From Candidatus Hydrogenedentota bacterium (GTDB taxonomy: Bacteria; Hydrogenedentota; Hydrogenedentia; Hydrogenedentales; SLHB01), in the NCBI GenBank assembly GCA_045863335.1, contig BTVY01000009.1:1-64000 (forward strand): 64,000 bases of DNA. The letters are read 5' to 3'. The notes beneath the pieces were generated by a model. The model made no database searches and was not told the DNA's origin. It worked only from the letters and a program-made list of their open reading frames with translations. How positions within the stretch are numbered: position 1 is the first letter of the stretch; the number at the start of each line of letters is the position of its first letter. Shown in pieces: positions 21,147 through 29,939 of this stretch. The position numbers and the translations under genes are program-made.

Positions 21147-22001
21147 ATGCTTACCGCAATCTTGATCGCAGCGATTACGGCTGCCGGCGCGGGAAACATC
21201 ACTTCCGAAGCGCCCCCGGAGCAGCCGGTGCGTATCGCACTCATGCACGGCGTTCCCGTGAAGTGGGACGTGAAAGCCAACTTCGAAGTTTTCCTGTCCA
21301 GCCTTGAACAGGCGTCCGCCGAGCGGGCCGACATCTTCATTACGCCGGAGTGCTGGCTGGATGGTTACGCAGCTCCGGACGAAGGGTCAACGCCCGAACG
21401 ATTGCGGACCGTCGCGCAGGATTTGGAAACCAGCGAATACATCCAGCGCGTTCAGCAGGAGGCGAAGGACCGGGCCATGATGATTTGCTTCGGATTTACC
21501 TCTCTGGAAGACGGGAAGCTTTTCAACACCGCGGGGCTATGGGACGCAGAAGGAAAGCTGGTTGGGCTGTACCATAAGACGCACCTTCAGACGCACGATC
21601 TGCAATACAGTTTCGGCGAAGGCATTCCCGTTTGGCCGTCGAAGTACGGCCCCCTCGGTATGATGATCTGCGCCGATCGACGCTGGCCGGAGACGGTCCG
21701 CACGTTGCGTCTGCAAGGCGCGAAGCTCATTCTGAACCCCACCTACGGCTTCCACAATGACATGAACGAAGCCATCATGCGCACGCGGTCTTTCGAGAAC
21801 CAGTGTTTCATCGCGTTTACCCATCCCGAAGAGAGTCTCGTGACCGGTCCGAAGGGCCAAGTTCTCGCGCGTTGGGAAGGCACCGCCCCCGGCGTACTGG
21901 TCTGCGAAATCGATCTCGCGCTCGCCAAGGACGACAACCATATCCGCGACCGCCGTCCCGAACTGTATGGGGTCATCGCGGAGGGAGACTCGGTGAATTG
22001 A
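21147..22001 (+). CDS. Carbon-nitrogen hydrolase (nitrilase superfamily), exported
   Basis: E-K-C triad in TPEC, YHKTHL and MICADRRWPE; hydrophobic N-terminus; AGGAG upstream. Confidence 0.9.
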   Translation: MLTAILIAAITAAGAGNITSEAPPEQPVRIALMHGVPVKWDVKANFEVFLSSLEQASAERADIFITPECWLDGYAAPDEGSTPERLRTVAQDLETSEYIQRVQQEAKDRAMMICFGFTSLEDGKLFNTAGLWDAEGKLVGLYHKTHLQTHDLQYSFGEGIPVWPSKYGPLGMMICADRRWPETVRTLRLQGAKLILNPTYGFHNDMNEAIMRTRSFENQCFIAFTHPEESLVTGPKGQVLARWEGTAPGVLVCEIDLALAKDDNHIRDRRPELYGVIAEGDSVN

Positions 22002-22011
22002 GCGTCATCGG

Positions 22012-22124
22012 CTAGCCCGCATTTCTCACCGCCCTGCAACGCCACCTTCGTGACCAAGCAACAGAAGCGGTGAGAAATGCTCCCGAGTAAACCTCCAGGG
22101 TCACTGGTGAGAAAACCGGGCTAG
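22012..22124. mobile_element. MITE-like element of ~105 bp with 15-bp imperfect TIRs, flanked by a CTAG duplication
   Basis: CTAG|CCCGCATTTCTCACC ... GGTGAGAAAACCGGG|CTAG, plus an internal inverted copy GCGGTGAGAAATGC at 22067-22080. Confidence 0.7.
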
Positions 22125-22894
22125 CGCCAGTAGTCGGCGTTCAAGGTTACGGATTTCACGGTAACGGTTGCGCCAGTGCGGATGACAAACTCGCTCAGAC
22201 CCACCTCGGTCAACGGATTGCCCCAGTCGTACGTATACCCGAGCCGGGTCCAGGGATACCCGTCGGGGCCATAAGAAATGGCGACTTGACTCTCATACCA
22301 GTCTACGTATTCCGATGAGACGGTGACGAAAAGTTCAGAGCCCGGAAAGTCCAACTCCGCCTCATGGTCGGTAACAGCGGGGTCCGGGCTGGGCCGGAAC
22401 AGATCGGAGGGATCAACCCAGAACTCTACGAATCGCGTTTTTCCATCATGGGGTGGCAATCCGAGAAGCTGTTCCGCGCGGAGCGTCATGCGGCTATCGT
22501 TCAAGGCCAGCCGTTTGCAGACATCCTGGATCTGCGGGGCCAAGGTCACCCACGTGTCCCGCTCGGTTTCGATGGATTTCACCAAATCGGCCACGGGAAT
22601 TGACTTGCCCACCTGGTCGTCGTATCCGGTCCACGACGTCCAGGTGACCACCAGTACCCTCGATTCGCCGGAAGCTCCTTCCCAAACCAAGGAGTCCTCG
22701 TGCGGAGTAATCGCGGTCAGCGATCGGCAGATTTCGTCCGGCTCCGCCAGTTCCGCATCGAGGACCGCCGCGCGAAATGCCGCCTCCAGTCGCGCGTCAG
22801 TCGCAGGAGGCACAAGCGGACAGCCTGTCAGCGCGAGACTCAGGATGAGGCATGTTGGAATCGGTATTCTGGAGGTCCTTCGGGCGGCGTTCAT
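22121..22894 (-). CDS. Hypothetical lipoprotein
   Basis: LTGC lipobox; QLLGLPP, LFRP..DP, YPWTRLGYTYDWG..GLSEF look like a conserved domain of unknown function. Confidence 0.75.
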   Translation of the reverse strand: MNAARRTSRIPIPTCLILSLALTGCPLVPPATDARLEAAFRAAVLDAELAEPDEICRSLTAITPHEDSLVWEGASGESRVLVVTWTSWTGYDDQVGKSIPVADLVKSIETERDTWVTLAPQIQDVCKRLALNDSRMTLRAEQLLGLPPHDGKTRFVEFWVDPSDLFRPSPDPAVTDHEAELDFPGSELFVTVSSEYVDWYESQVAISYGPDGYPWTRLGYTYDWGNPLTEVGLSEFVIRTGATVTVKSVTLNADYWR

Positions 22895-23088
22895 CGCGGT
22901 GATTCCTTATCAAGTTGCAGCCGGTCGCGTAAGCGTACCGGTGATTTCGTCGCGAGATTGTACCAAATAGACATGGCGCCGCCGATTTGGACGACGGATT
23001 TGGGACACAGCGCACAAAGCAGGCCGATTTGTGCGTGGATAGGGTGTAGGATGATGAAACGGGGATAAGGCGACCCAAGCGGAGGGGA

Positions 23089-23574
23089 ATGAGCGAGGAC
23101 CATGTAGAAACGTTGCGGAGGTTCTATGAAGCCAATCGTAACGAATTGTACACCTACGCGCTAGCCCTGACGCGTTCGCGGGAGGCGGCGGAGGACGCCA
23201 TCCACACGGCCTTCGGCAAGATGCTGAAGACGTGGAGTTTGCCACGCGAGTTGCGGCCTTATGTGTTCCGCTGTGTGCGAAACGCGGCCATCGACGAGCA
23301 CCGGGTGCGCGCTCGCCAAGAGTTGCACGATTCCCCATTCGCCATCGATGAATCGCGAAACAACGGTCACGATCCGGAGTTGCAGCACCAATTGGCTGAC
23401 CTGCTCCTGACCCTGTCCGACGACGAGCGGGAGAGCATCATGCTCAAGATCTACAGCGGAATGACCTTCCACGAGATCGCGGCGACGCGGTCCGTGTCCA
23501 TCAATACGGCGGCATCGTGGTACCGCCGTGGACTCGAAAAACTACGAGTCCTCATGCGAGGAGAAAACGTATGA
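23089..23574 (+). CDS. ECF sigma factor
   Basis: Region 2 (AAEDAIH, YVFRCVRNAAID) and region 4 (MTFHEIA..SINTAAS); GGAGG ribosome-binding site. Confidence 0.92.
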   Translation: MSEDHVETLRRFYEANRNELYTYALALTRSREAAEDAIHTAFGKMLKTWSLPRELRPYVFRCVRNAAIDEHRVRARQELHDSPFAIDESRNNGHDPELQHQLADLLLTLSDDERESIMLKIYSGMTFHEIAATRSVSINTAASWYRRGLEKLRVLMRGENV

Positions 23575-23954
23575 AGGACCTTGAACGCGAATTGAAATCG
23601 ATTCCCCCGGCGTCGCCCGATGCGCGGCACGAGCGGAGAATGGATCGGCTGTTCCTCGAGTCCGAACGACGGCGTACCTGGTATCGGAGGCCGATCCCGT
23701 TGTGGCAGGGGCTTGCGGCCTGTCTGTTGGCCGTGGTGTTCGGGTATCTGTATGGCGGGAAGCAAGACGTGGCGCCACCCACACCGGTCGAGACGACGAG
23801 GACCGTTTATATCGTGCCCGCGACGCCGGAGTTTCAGCGCGCCGTACAAGGGGCGGTGCAGTCGCACCCCGCCCCCGCGGAACGCGGCAACTACGTCATC
23901 GAAGTGTCGCCATCTACGCTTGGTCGGGAAAGCAGAACAGGAGATAGCATATGA
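23571..23954 (+). CDS. Putative single-TM anti-sigma factor
   Basis: ATGA overlap with the sigma stop; LERELK..P cytoplasmic N-terminus, one TM helix, short outer tail. Confidence 0.65.
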   Translation: MKDLERELKSIPPASPDARHERRMDRLFLESERRRTWYRRPIPLWQGLAACLLAVVFGYLYGGKQDVAPPTPVETTRTVYIVPATPEFQRAVQGAVQSHPAPAERGNYVIEVSPSTLGRESRTGDSI

Positions 23955-24691
23955 GCGCCACGTTGAAAGCCTTCTATGTCGCTTGTCTGGTCGCGGCCGC
24001 CAGTGATGCCCGCGCCGACAGCGTACCGCAAGCAGATATCGCGGGTCCGGGTTCCGCCGCCAGCTATCGAGTCGAAGTGCACGTGTCGCGCATTTTGGCC
24101 TCCGACAATTCGACGCCATCCCTACAGATCGAGGACCAACTCCGATTCGACCCGCTCCCAGAAGCCGGAGAGCATATCGGTCATGCGTTCGGGACTGAGA
24201 TTCGGCTCCGGGTCCACGGCGAGTCTTGGGTTCTCAACGAAAACGGCTTGGCGCGTGACGGCGTCACGGACGAATCCCGCGCTTTGATCCAGACCGTTGC
24301 CAGTCCGGCCATCCTGTTGCCCATCGGCGAAAGCGCGGAAATCCGTATCGGTGATGAGGGCGCCCAGTATTTTGAAGCGGACGAAGACGGGGCCTATTCA
24401 CTGCACACCCTGGATGAATTCGTTGGGTATACCTTTGCCTGTACGCTGACTCCGTCCTCCGCCATGGAAGGCGCTTTGAGCATGAAGATTGACAGCACCC
24501 TTCGCGAATCCGGAGCGCGGGAACCCGTCAGCGGATTGGCTACGCTGGACGTCGGCAAGCCCAACGTACGTACGCAGACGTTTCAGACGAATATCCAACT
24601 GAAGCCTGGAGATTGGCTTGCATCCGTCAGCCGTTCGGACGACGGTTCCATTCTGTTGACCTGCGTCACCGTCCGTGAACAGGGGAGTTAA
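23951..24691 (+). CDS. Secreted protein consisting of one secretin-like domain
   Basis: Signal peptide; VEVHVSRI, ASPAILLPIGESAEIRIG, VGYTFACTLTP, PNVRTQTFQTNIQLKPGD, LLTCVTV resemble secretin C-domain strands. Confidence 0.6.
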   Translation: MSATLKAFYVACLVAAASDARADSVPQADIAGPGSAASYRVEVHVSRILASDNSTPSLQIEDQLRFDPLPEAGEHIGHAFGTEIRLRVHGESWVLNENGLARDGVTDESRALIQTVASPAILLPIGESAEIRIGDEGAQYFEADEDGAYSLHTLDEFVGYTFACTLTPSSAMEGALSMKIDSTLRESGAREPVSGLATLDVGKPNVRTQTFQTNIQLKPGDWLASVSRSDDGSILLTCVTVREQGS

Positions 24692-24694
24692 TGC

Positions 24695-26308
24695 ATGATT
24701 CGGTTCACTCGTGTTGCGGTTGCCTTGATCGCCGCTCATGCTGCGTTGCCGGCGGAGTATGAAGTCAAGATGTTTCGCATTGACTTGCCCCTGTCCGGCG
24801 AGATGTACGATGCCATTACCGCCTACCTGGCCGAACCGCCAGATGCATCTACGTTCGATCCGGAGTGCGTGCCTGAAGGACTGCGGCTGGTCGCAATGAC
24901 GCCGCCGAACCAATGGGACGGCTCCGACTTGTTGGGGCGACCTGGTGTGTTGGGCGGGGAGAATGCCATCCCCGTTGCGCAGGGGGGGCAGCTCTACGTG
25001 GGCCAGGATATCCCCTTCGAGTACTTGGAACCCCGAAGCGATGGCCGATTCGATCGAAAGATTGGTTACGCGCAGCAGGGCATCGAGTTCAGCTTCCGTC
25101 AAGCGGGTTACGGGCAGACCCGGATTTGGGCGCACGCGACCCGCCCTGGTACGCGGCAACCTATCGATGGCGTCTCCCTCGACGTGGGCCCGCCGAGGCA
25201 GGACGACAAGACGATCTGGACGAATTTCATCGTCCATTCCTCGCTGGACCAATGGTGTTGCACGATATTCACGCTCAAGGAGAAACCGGAATCAGCGCCG
25301 CAGGTCGTGCTGCTGTTCCTGCGCAATTTGACGGACGAGCCGTCTGCGGAACCGGCCACGGTGACGCCTCCAGGCACGCCGATACAATTCTCGATAGAAA
25401 ATAAGTTCATACGTGTACCCGCCTCCGCGAACCTCGACGAATGGATCAAGTTCGACGAGAATGCCGAACCTATCTCGGGGAACGGCCGGCGGGTCTCGGC
25501 AATCCGTTTGCCGGACTCGGATGAATGGATACCGGTGGCTCAATTCGACCCGGAAGCGTTTGATACACTGAACAGTATGAATGAACTGGAGCTGCTTTCC
25601 GCGCCTCGCGTGACCACCCTTGCCGGACTGACAGATGCGGACGATACTTCGAAGACGCTGTTCAAAGTGGTCCTGCCAAATCAGGGCGGCTCCTCCAATT
25701 CGGGACGGGGAGGATTCGGCGGCGGTTTCGGTGGGGGAGGACTTGGCGACGGCGGGACATCGGATCCGTCGAGTTTGGATACCAATCCAGCACCGTATCG
25801 TGATGAGATTAGCGACGTCTTCGAAATGTTTACGGACCGGACTACTCTGATCGGCCAGTTCATGGCCTCGAAAGGCCCGGGAAAACCAGCCATCATTGCC
25901 GATTTCACCACGGACGAGCTGCGCTATGTCGATAGCAACGGGGTCGAAAAGGACGAAGCCGAACCGGTTTGGAGCGGAATCATGGTCGGCGCGCGGGTAG
26001 CCTGCACGAGCGCAGGCGAGGATATCGTGCTCGACATCGCGTTAATCGAACGCGATCTTGAATGGCCTCCAGCGATCAAGATGACGCGAAAAGCATCGTC
26101 GGCGCGGCCTACGCCGATCGAGTTTTTTGTGTCTGATGAATCGCAATTGCCTCGCCTGATCGAGCGCAATTGTTGGTACCGGCAGCCGGTCAAGAACGGC
26201 GAGACGACGGCGTTTGTGCTGCATGATGGGGCTCGGGACGACCAAACGCTCGTGTTTGTCACTGTCGAGCGTGTCGAAGGTGGGGCGGCGTTCTTCCCTG
26301 CCTCCTAG
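24695..26308 (+). CDS. Secreted protein with two secretin-like domains and a Gly-rich insert
   Basis: VGQDIPFEY, LDVGPP, IENKFIRV, LLSAPRVTTLAG, VKNGET, LVFVTV. Confidence 0.6.
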   Translation: MIRFTRVAVALIAAHAALPAEYEVKMFRIDLPLSGEMYDAITAYLAEPPDASTFDPECVPEGLRLVAMTPPNQWDGSDLLGRPGVLGGENAIPVAQGGQLYVGQDIPFEYLEPRSDGRFDRKIGYAQQGIEFSFRQAGYGQTRIWAHATRPGTRQPIDGVSLDVGPPRQDDKTIWTNFIVHSSLDQWCCTIFTLKEKPESAPQVVLLFLRNLTDEPSAEPATVTPPGTPIQFSIENKFIRVPASANLDEWIKFDENAEPISGNGRRVSAIRLPDSDEWIPVAQFDPEAFDTLNSMNELELLSAPRVTTLAGLTDADDTSKTLFKVVLPNQGGSSNSGRGGFGGGFGGGGLGDGGTSDPSSLDTNPAPYRDEISDVFEMFTDRTTLIGQFMASKGPGKPAIIADFTTDELRYVDSNGVEKDEAEPVWSGIMVGARVACTSAGEDIVLDIALIERDLEWPPAIKMTRKASSARPTPIEFFVSDESQLPRLIERNCWYRQPVKNGETTAFVLHDGARDDQTLVFVTVERVEGGAAFFPAS

Positions 26309-27810
26309 AAATTCCCCGGCATGCGATTCGGATATTCGCTTAGTTCCAGCAGTGCATACAGCAACAAGCCAACCCCGTCCGTGGACTCGTAATACGGCTT
26401 CGCGGGATGTCCCTTAAACCAGCCGTTGACGTAGAGTTTGCTGATGGCTTCATCGGCAAGCGCCGTCGCCGTCGCCAAATCCGCGGTATCGCCTGTGGCG
26501 TAATGCAGATGGAGGAAGAAGGAAATCGCGCGACCGTAGTTTTCGGCGTAGGTGCCGCCGGTCTGCTCCGCTTCCGGCAGGCATTCCAGCAGTTCCTTCT
26601 TCCAGCGGCGTCCAATCTGAGGCGGCAGGTTGGACCGGATGTTCTCCGCCCAATGTTGTGCGCTTTCCAATGCCGCGGGGTCGCCGCTGAGTTCGTAGGC
26701 GTAGATGGATGTCTGCGCAGCAATCATCGGGAATTCGTAAGAGAACATGACTGTGCGCCAGATGTCGATATAGCCGACGGGTTTCCACAGGTCATAGTGG
26801 TCGTCCATCGCCTGGTCCATGACCGGAGTTCCATCGAGCGCCAGCATGGCTCGCCATTGGCGGGCATCGTTGTCCCATCCGTATTGGAGATACGCCTTCA
26901 CGTAGGCGAGAGCCACGTCCCGGAACCAGGGATCGTTGGTCAACTCATACGCCCGCAGTAAAGCCGCCGCGTGGGGTCCGGTGACCGTCGTGAAGCAGTG
27001 ATGGGCGTCGTAGCGGTCGCCCGTGCTTGGGGCGTCAGGGGCGAGATTGGTCTCGGGATTGCGCGCGTTCCAATGGCGGCCCGCGACGGTCTTAGCCCAA
27101 TCGAGATACTTCGGCTCGCCGGTCTTGCGGTACATGAACGCGAAGGCCTGGAGGAACGACCCGCCGGAAAAGGCAAAGTCGCAACCGACGCTTTTGTCAT
27201 CGTGGCGATTGTGGAGGCCCGTCTCCTTGTCGACGACATGCCACTCCCAGATCCCTTCGACTTCTTGTTGGAACAGGTCCGGCGTGACGCGCCACATGCG
27301 CTCCCATTCAGGGAGGAGCACGAGGATTTCGTGAGGCCCCGCGCCGTCGCCATCGCCGCCAGGCGCGTCCTTGTAGGCATCGTAGTAGATGTGTGAGCCC
27401 CAGGCGAGCAGGCCGTTTTCCTTGCGCGATCGCTCGAAGTAGGTTTGGATATACGCGTCGCATGCGTCCGCATACCGCGATTCTCCTGTCAGCTCGCTCA
27501 ACGTATAAAGTGTCCGCAGCAACGGCTGGTCTTCCCAGAGGTCACTGCCGGCTGGGTTTCGCCGGTGTTGCCGCTCCTCCGCGCGGATGTAGCCGTCGAG
27601 AGGCAGGGGATCGGGTGGTGACGATTCAGAGGCAATGTCGATGATACTCATGAACAACGGGGTTTGGACGTGCCCATAGCGGTCGGTACCGTGCTCGAGC
27701 ATGGAATCGGCGTGAGACCGAACGCACGACCGGTACAACTCTTTGTTTTCCGCGGGATTCGGGCCCGCTGCTAACACGCCCAACACGACGAATGCAACAG
27801 TTCCAATCAT
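26305..27810 (-). CDS. Secreted (alpha/alpha)-barrel protein resembling periplasmic pectate lyase (PL2-like) families
   Basis: ADSMLEHGTDRYG..TPLF, LLRTLYTLSELTG..Y, GLLAWG.H, HE motifs; signal peptide from the ATG at 27810. Confidence 0.6.
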   Translation of the reverse strand: MIGTVAFVVLGVLAAGPNPAENKELYRSCVRSHADSMLEHGTDRYGHVQTPLFMSIIDIASESSPPDPLPLDGYIRAEERQHRRNPAGSDLWEDQPLLRTLYTLSELTGESRYADACDAYIQTYFERSRKENGLLAWGSHIYYDAYKDAPGGDGDGAGPHEILVLLPEWERMWRVTPDLFQQEVEGIWEWHVVDKETGLHNRHDDKSVGCDFAFSGGSFLQAFAFMYRKTGEPKYLDWAKTVAGRHWNARNPETNLAPDAPSTGDRYDAHHCFTTVTGPHAAALLRAYELTNDPWFRDVALAYVKAYLQYGWDNDARQWRAMLALDGTPVMDQAMDDHYDLWKPVGYIDIWRTVMFSYEFPMIAAQTSIYAYELSGDPAALESAQHWAENIRSNLPPQIGRRWKKELLECLPEAEQTGGTYAENYGRAISFFLHLHYATGDTADLATATALADEAISKLYVNGWFKGHPAKPYYESTDGVGLLLYALLELSEYPNRMPGNF

Positions 27811-27956
27811 GGGGGATGAACTCCTTGAAGGCGGCGGTGTTTCGATCATTAGACCACAGTTCACAGGCGGGAAGCCACGCGAATTTGACGTTGCTACGAC
27901 GGTTCCGGTAGGGTTTGCGCCTCGCGCGCTGTGCCTGTCACTCAAGAAGAGAACCC

Positions 27957-29324
27957 ATGTCACGCAAGGCTATACCTGCACCAGGCTACCTGTCCGAACA
28001 GGACGCCAAAAGCGTTCTGCGCATTGTATTCTTGACAGTCTTTCTCGATATGGCGGGCTTTTCCATCATTTTCCCGCTGTATCCGAAGATGCTGGAATAC
28101 TATCTTGCCCATGAGGGGAATGTCGGGCTGTTGGGCGGGGTCGTGCGGGGGTTGGAGGCCTTCAGTTACGCGGTCGGTGCGGACGCGGATACCGGTTTGG
28201 TAGTGCTGTTCGGCGGCTTCCTCGGCTCCCTGTACGCTCTGCTCCAGTTTGTTTGCGCGCCGATCATGGGCAGTTTGTCCGATCGATTTGGACGGCGTCC
28301 CGTCCTGCTGGTTTCCATTGCGGGGCTTGCAGTCTCCTACGCGCTCTGGTTCGTGGCGGGGAGTTTCACCGTACTCGTCGTCGCGCGGTTTATCGGGGGA
28401 CTCATGAGCGGCAACATTTCCACGGCGAGCGCCGTCATCGCCGACGTGACGCCTGACGCGCGCCGATCCCGCGGCATGGCGGTTCTGGGTCTGGCGGTAG
28501 GTATCGGGTTCATGTTCGGTCCGGCCTTGGGTGGCATGCTTTCGGGTGTCGACCTCTCTGCGATTTGGCCCTCGCTGGCAGCATACGGCGTGAATCCCTA
28601 CAGCATGGCGGCCTTTGCGGCGTTCGTGCTTGCCACGGTCAACTGGGTGGCCGTGCTCGTCAAACTCCACGAGACTCGGAAGGTACACGCCGGCGCCAGT
28701 ACAGCCGCACGGCGTCCTGTAAATCCGTTAGCACTCTTTCAGACGACCGACTACCCCGGCGTTACGCGCACCAACATCATCTACTTCCTCTACCTATTGG
28801 CCTTTTCCGGCATGGAGTTTTCCCTGACTTTCCTGGCGGCAGACCGCTTCGATTATGGTCCGAAGCAGATCATGGTCATGTTTCTCTTCATCGGGGTCAT
28901 CCTTGCACTTATGCAGGGATCGTACGTGCGCACGCGAAGCGGTGTGATCGGACCCAAGCGAATGGGATTCCATGGTCTGCTGCTGGGTGTGCCCGGTTTG
29001 GCGATCGTGGGTTTCGCGCCAAACCCCTGGGTGTTTTACCTCGGGTTGTTGGTCATGGCGCTGGGATCGGCACAGGTACGGCCGTGTTTGTCGGCGCTGG
29101 TCTCACTCTACTCGCCGGTACGCGAACAGGGCCGTATTCTTGGGGTGTTCCGGTCGCTGGAATCCCTGGCACGCGCCATCGGCCCGTTCGTCGCCTGCGT
29201 CCTGTACTGGCGGCTCGGGTCGTCCATGGCCTATTACATCGCCGCCGCGATCATGACGCTGCCCGTTGTCCTCTCCCGTGCATTGCCGGAACCTACCGGG
29301 CAGATTTCGGAGAGACCAGCGTAA
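27957..29324 (+). CDS. MFS transporter, TetA/MFSD10-like
   Basis: VFLDMAGFSIIFP, GSLSDRFGRRPVL motif A, GPALGG, about 12 TM segments. Confidence 0.92.
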   Translation: MSRKAIPAPGYLSEQDAKSVLRIVFLTVFLDMAGFSIIFPLYPKMLEYYLAHEGNVGLLGGVVRGLEAFSYAVGADADTGLVVLFGGFLGSLYALLQFVCAPIMGSLSDRFGRRPVLLVSIAGLAVSYALWFVAGSFTVLVVARFIGGLMSGNISTASAVIADVTPDARRSRGMAVLGLAVGIGFMFGPALGGMLSGVDLSAIWPSLAAYGVNPYSMAAFAAFVLATVNWVAVLVKLHETRKVHAGASTAARRPVNPLALFQTTDYPGVTRTNIIYFLYLLAFSGMEFSLTFLAADRFDYGPKQIMVMFLFIGVILALMQGSYVRTRSGVIGPKRMGFHGLLLGVPGLAIVGFAPNPWVFYLGLLVMALGSAQVRPCLSALVSLYSPVREQGRILGVFRSLESLARAIGPFVACVLYWRLGSSMAYYIAAAIMTLPVVLSRALPEPTGQISERPA

Positions 29325-29801
29325 TCAACGGGGATTCGGGATGCGCTGCCTGGCGTGCAGATAAAGCTGCAACTCCCGTAAATGATCGCCGATATGAAAT
29401 TGATAAGCTCCCGCCAGCGCCCGCATCGCCTCTTCCGATCCAATGGCGTCCCACACCTTCAGAACGGCCGAAAGCTCGGATGCGATGTCCACGATGTCTT
29501 CAATGGCGTCACCTACGGTGATCGATGTGTCGGCGATGTCTTGCGTAATCGAGGCCGGCGTGTTGTAGAACCCCAGGTCCGGAAACCGTGCAGCGACGCG
29601 CGCACGGCGCTCGTCGTAGTCCGCGCGATCGCCGCCCTCGTAGTCCAGGGCCTCAAAAGGTACCGGATTCTCCGAGACAGCGAGGGCGATCCGGTCGAGC
29701 AACACGTGTAGTCGAGCTTCACTCGCCAGCAACGCCCCGCTATCATCGTCCACCATTCGGACGAAGTCACGTATGGTCTGTCGCACCTCTTCTGCAGTCA
29801 T
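29325..29801 (-). CDS. Hypothetical protein, DUF5063-like
   Basis: FPDLGFY, GDAIEDIVDI..EL, FH.G.HLRELQ.YLH pattern. Confidence 0.55.
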   Translation of the reverse strand: MTAEEVRQTIRDFVRMVDDDSGALLASEARLHVLLDRIALAVSENPVPFEALDYEGGDRADYDERRARVAARFPDLGFYNTPASITQDIADTSITVGDAIEDIVDIASELSAVLKVWDAIGSEEAMRALAGAYQFHIGDHLRELQLYLHARQRIPNPR

Positions 29802-29861
29802 CGGTATGCACCCCCGGCAAGGGTCTTTTCACGTTCCGTCATGTTAGCACAAACGGAGAGT

Positions 29862-29899
29862 ACAAACGGGAACGGCCCGGCGAATGTTCGCCGGGCCGT
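29862..29899 (-). terminator. Hairpin terminator downstream of the OmpA-family gene
   Basis: Perfect 13-bp stem ACGGCCCGGCGAA/TTCGCCGGGCCGT (29872-29899), followed on the minus strand by TCCCGTTTGT. Confidence 0.6.
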
Positions 29900-29939
29900 C
29901 GATCATCGTCACTCCACCAGGTGGAGCTTCCTGGTTACG

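Noticed and set aside
25700-25760. GGC-rich repeat
   Set aside because: It encodes a Gly-rich loop within the secretin-like protein, not a separate DNA element.
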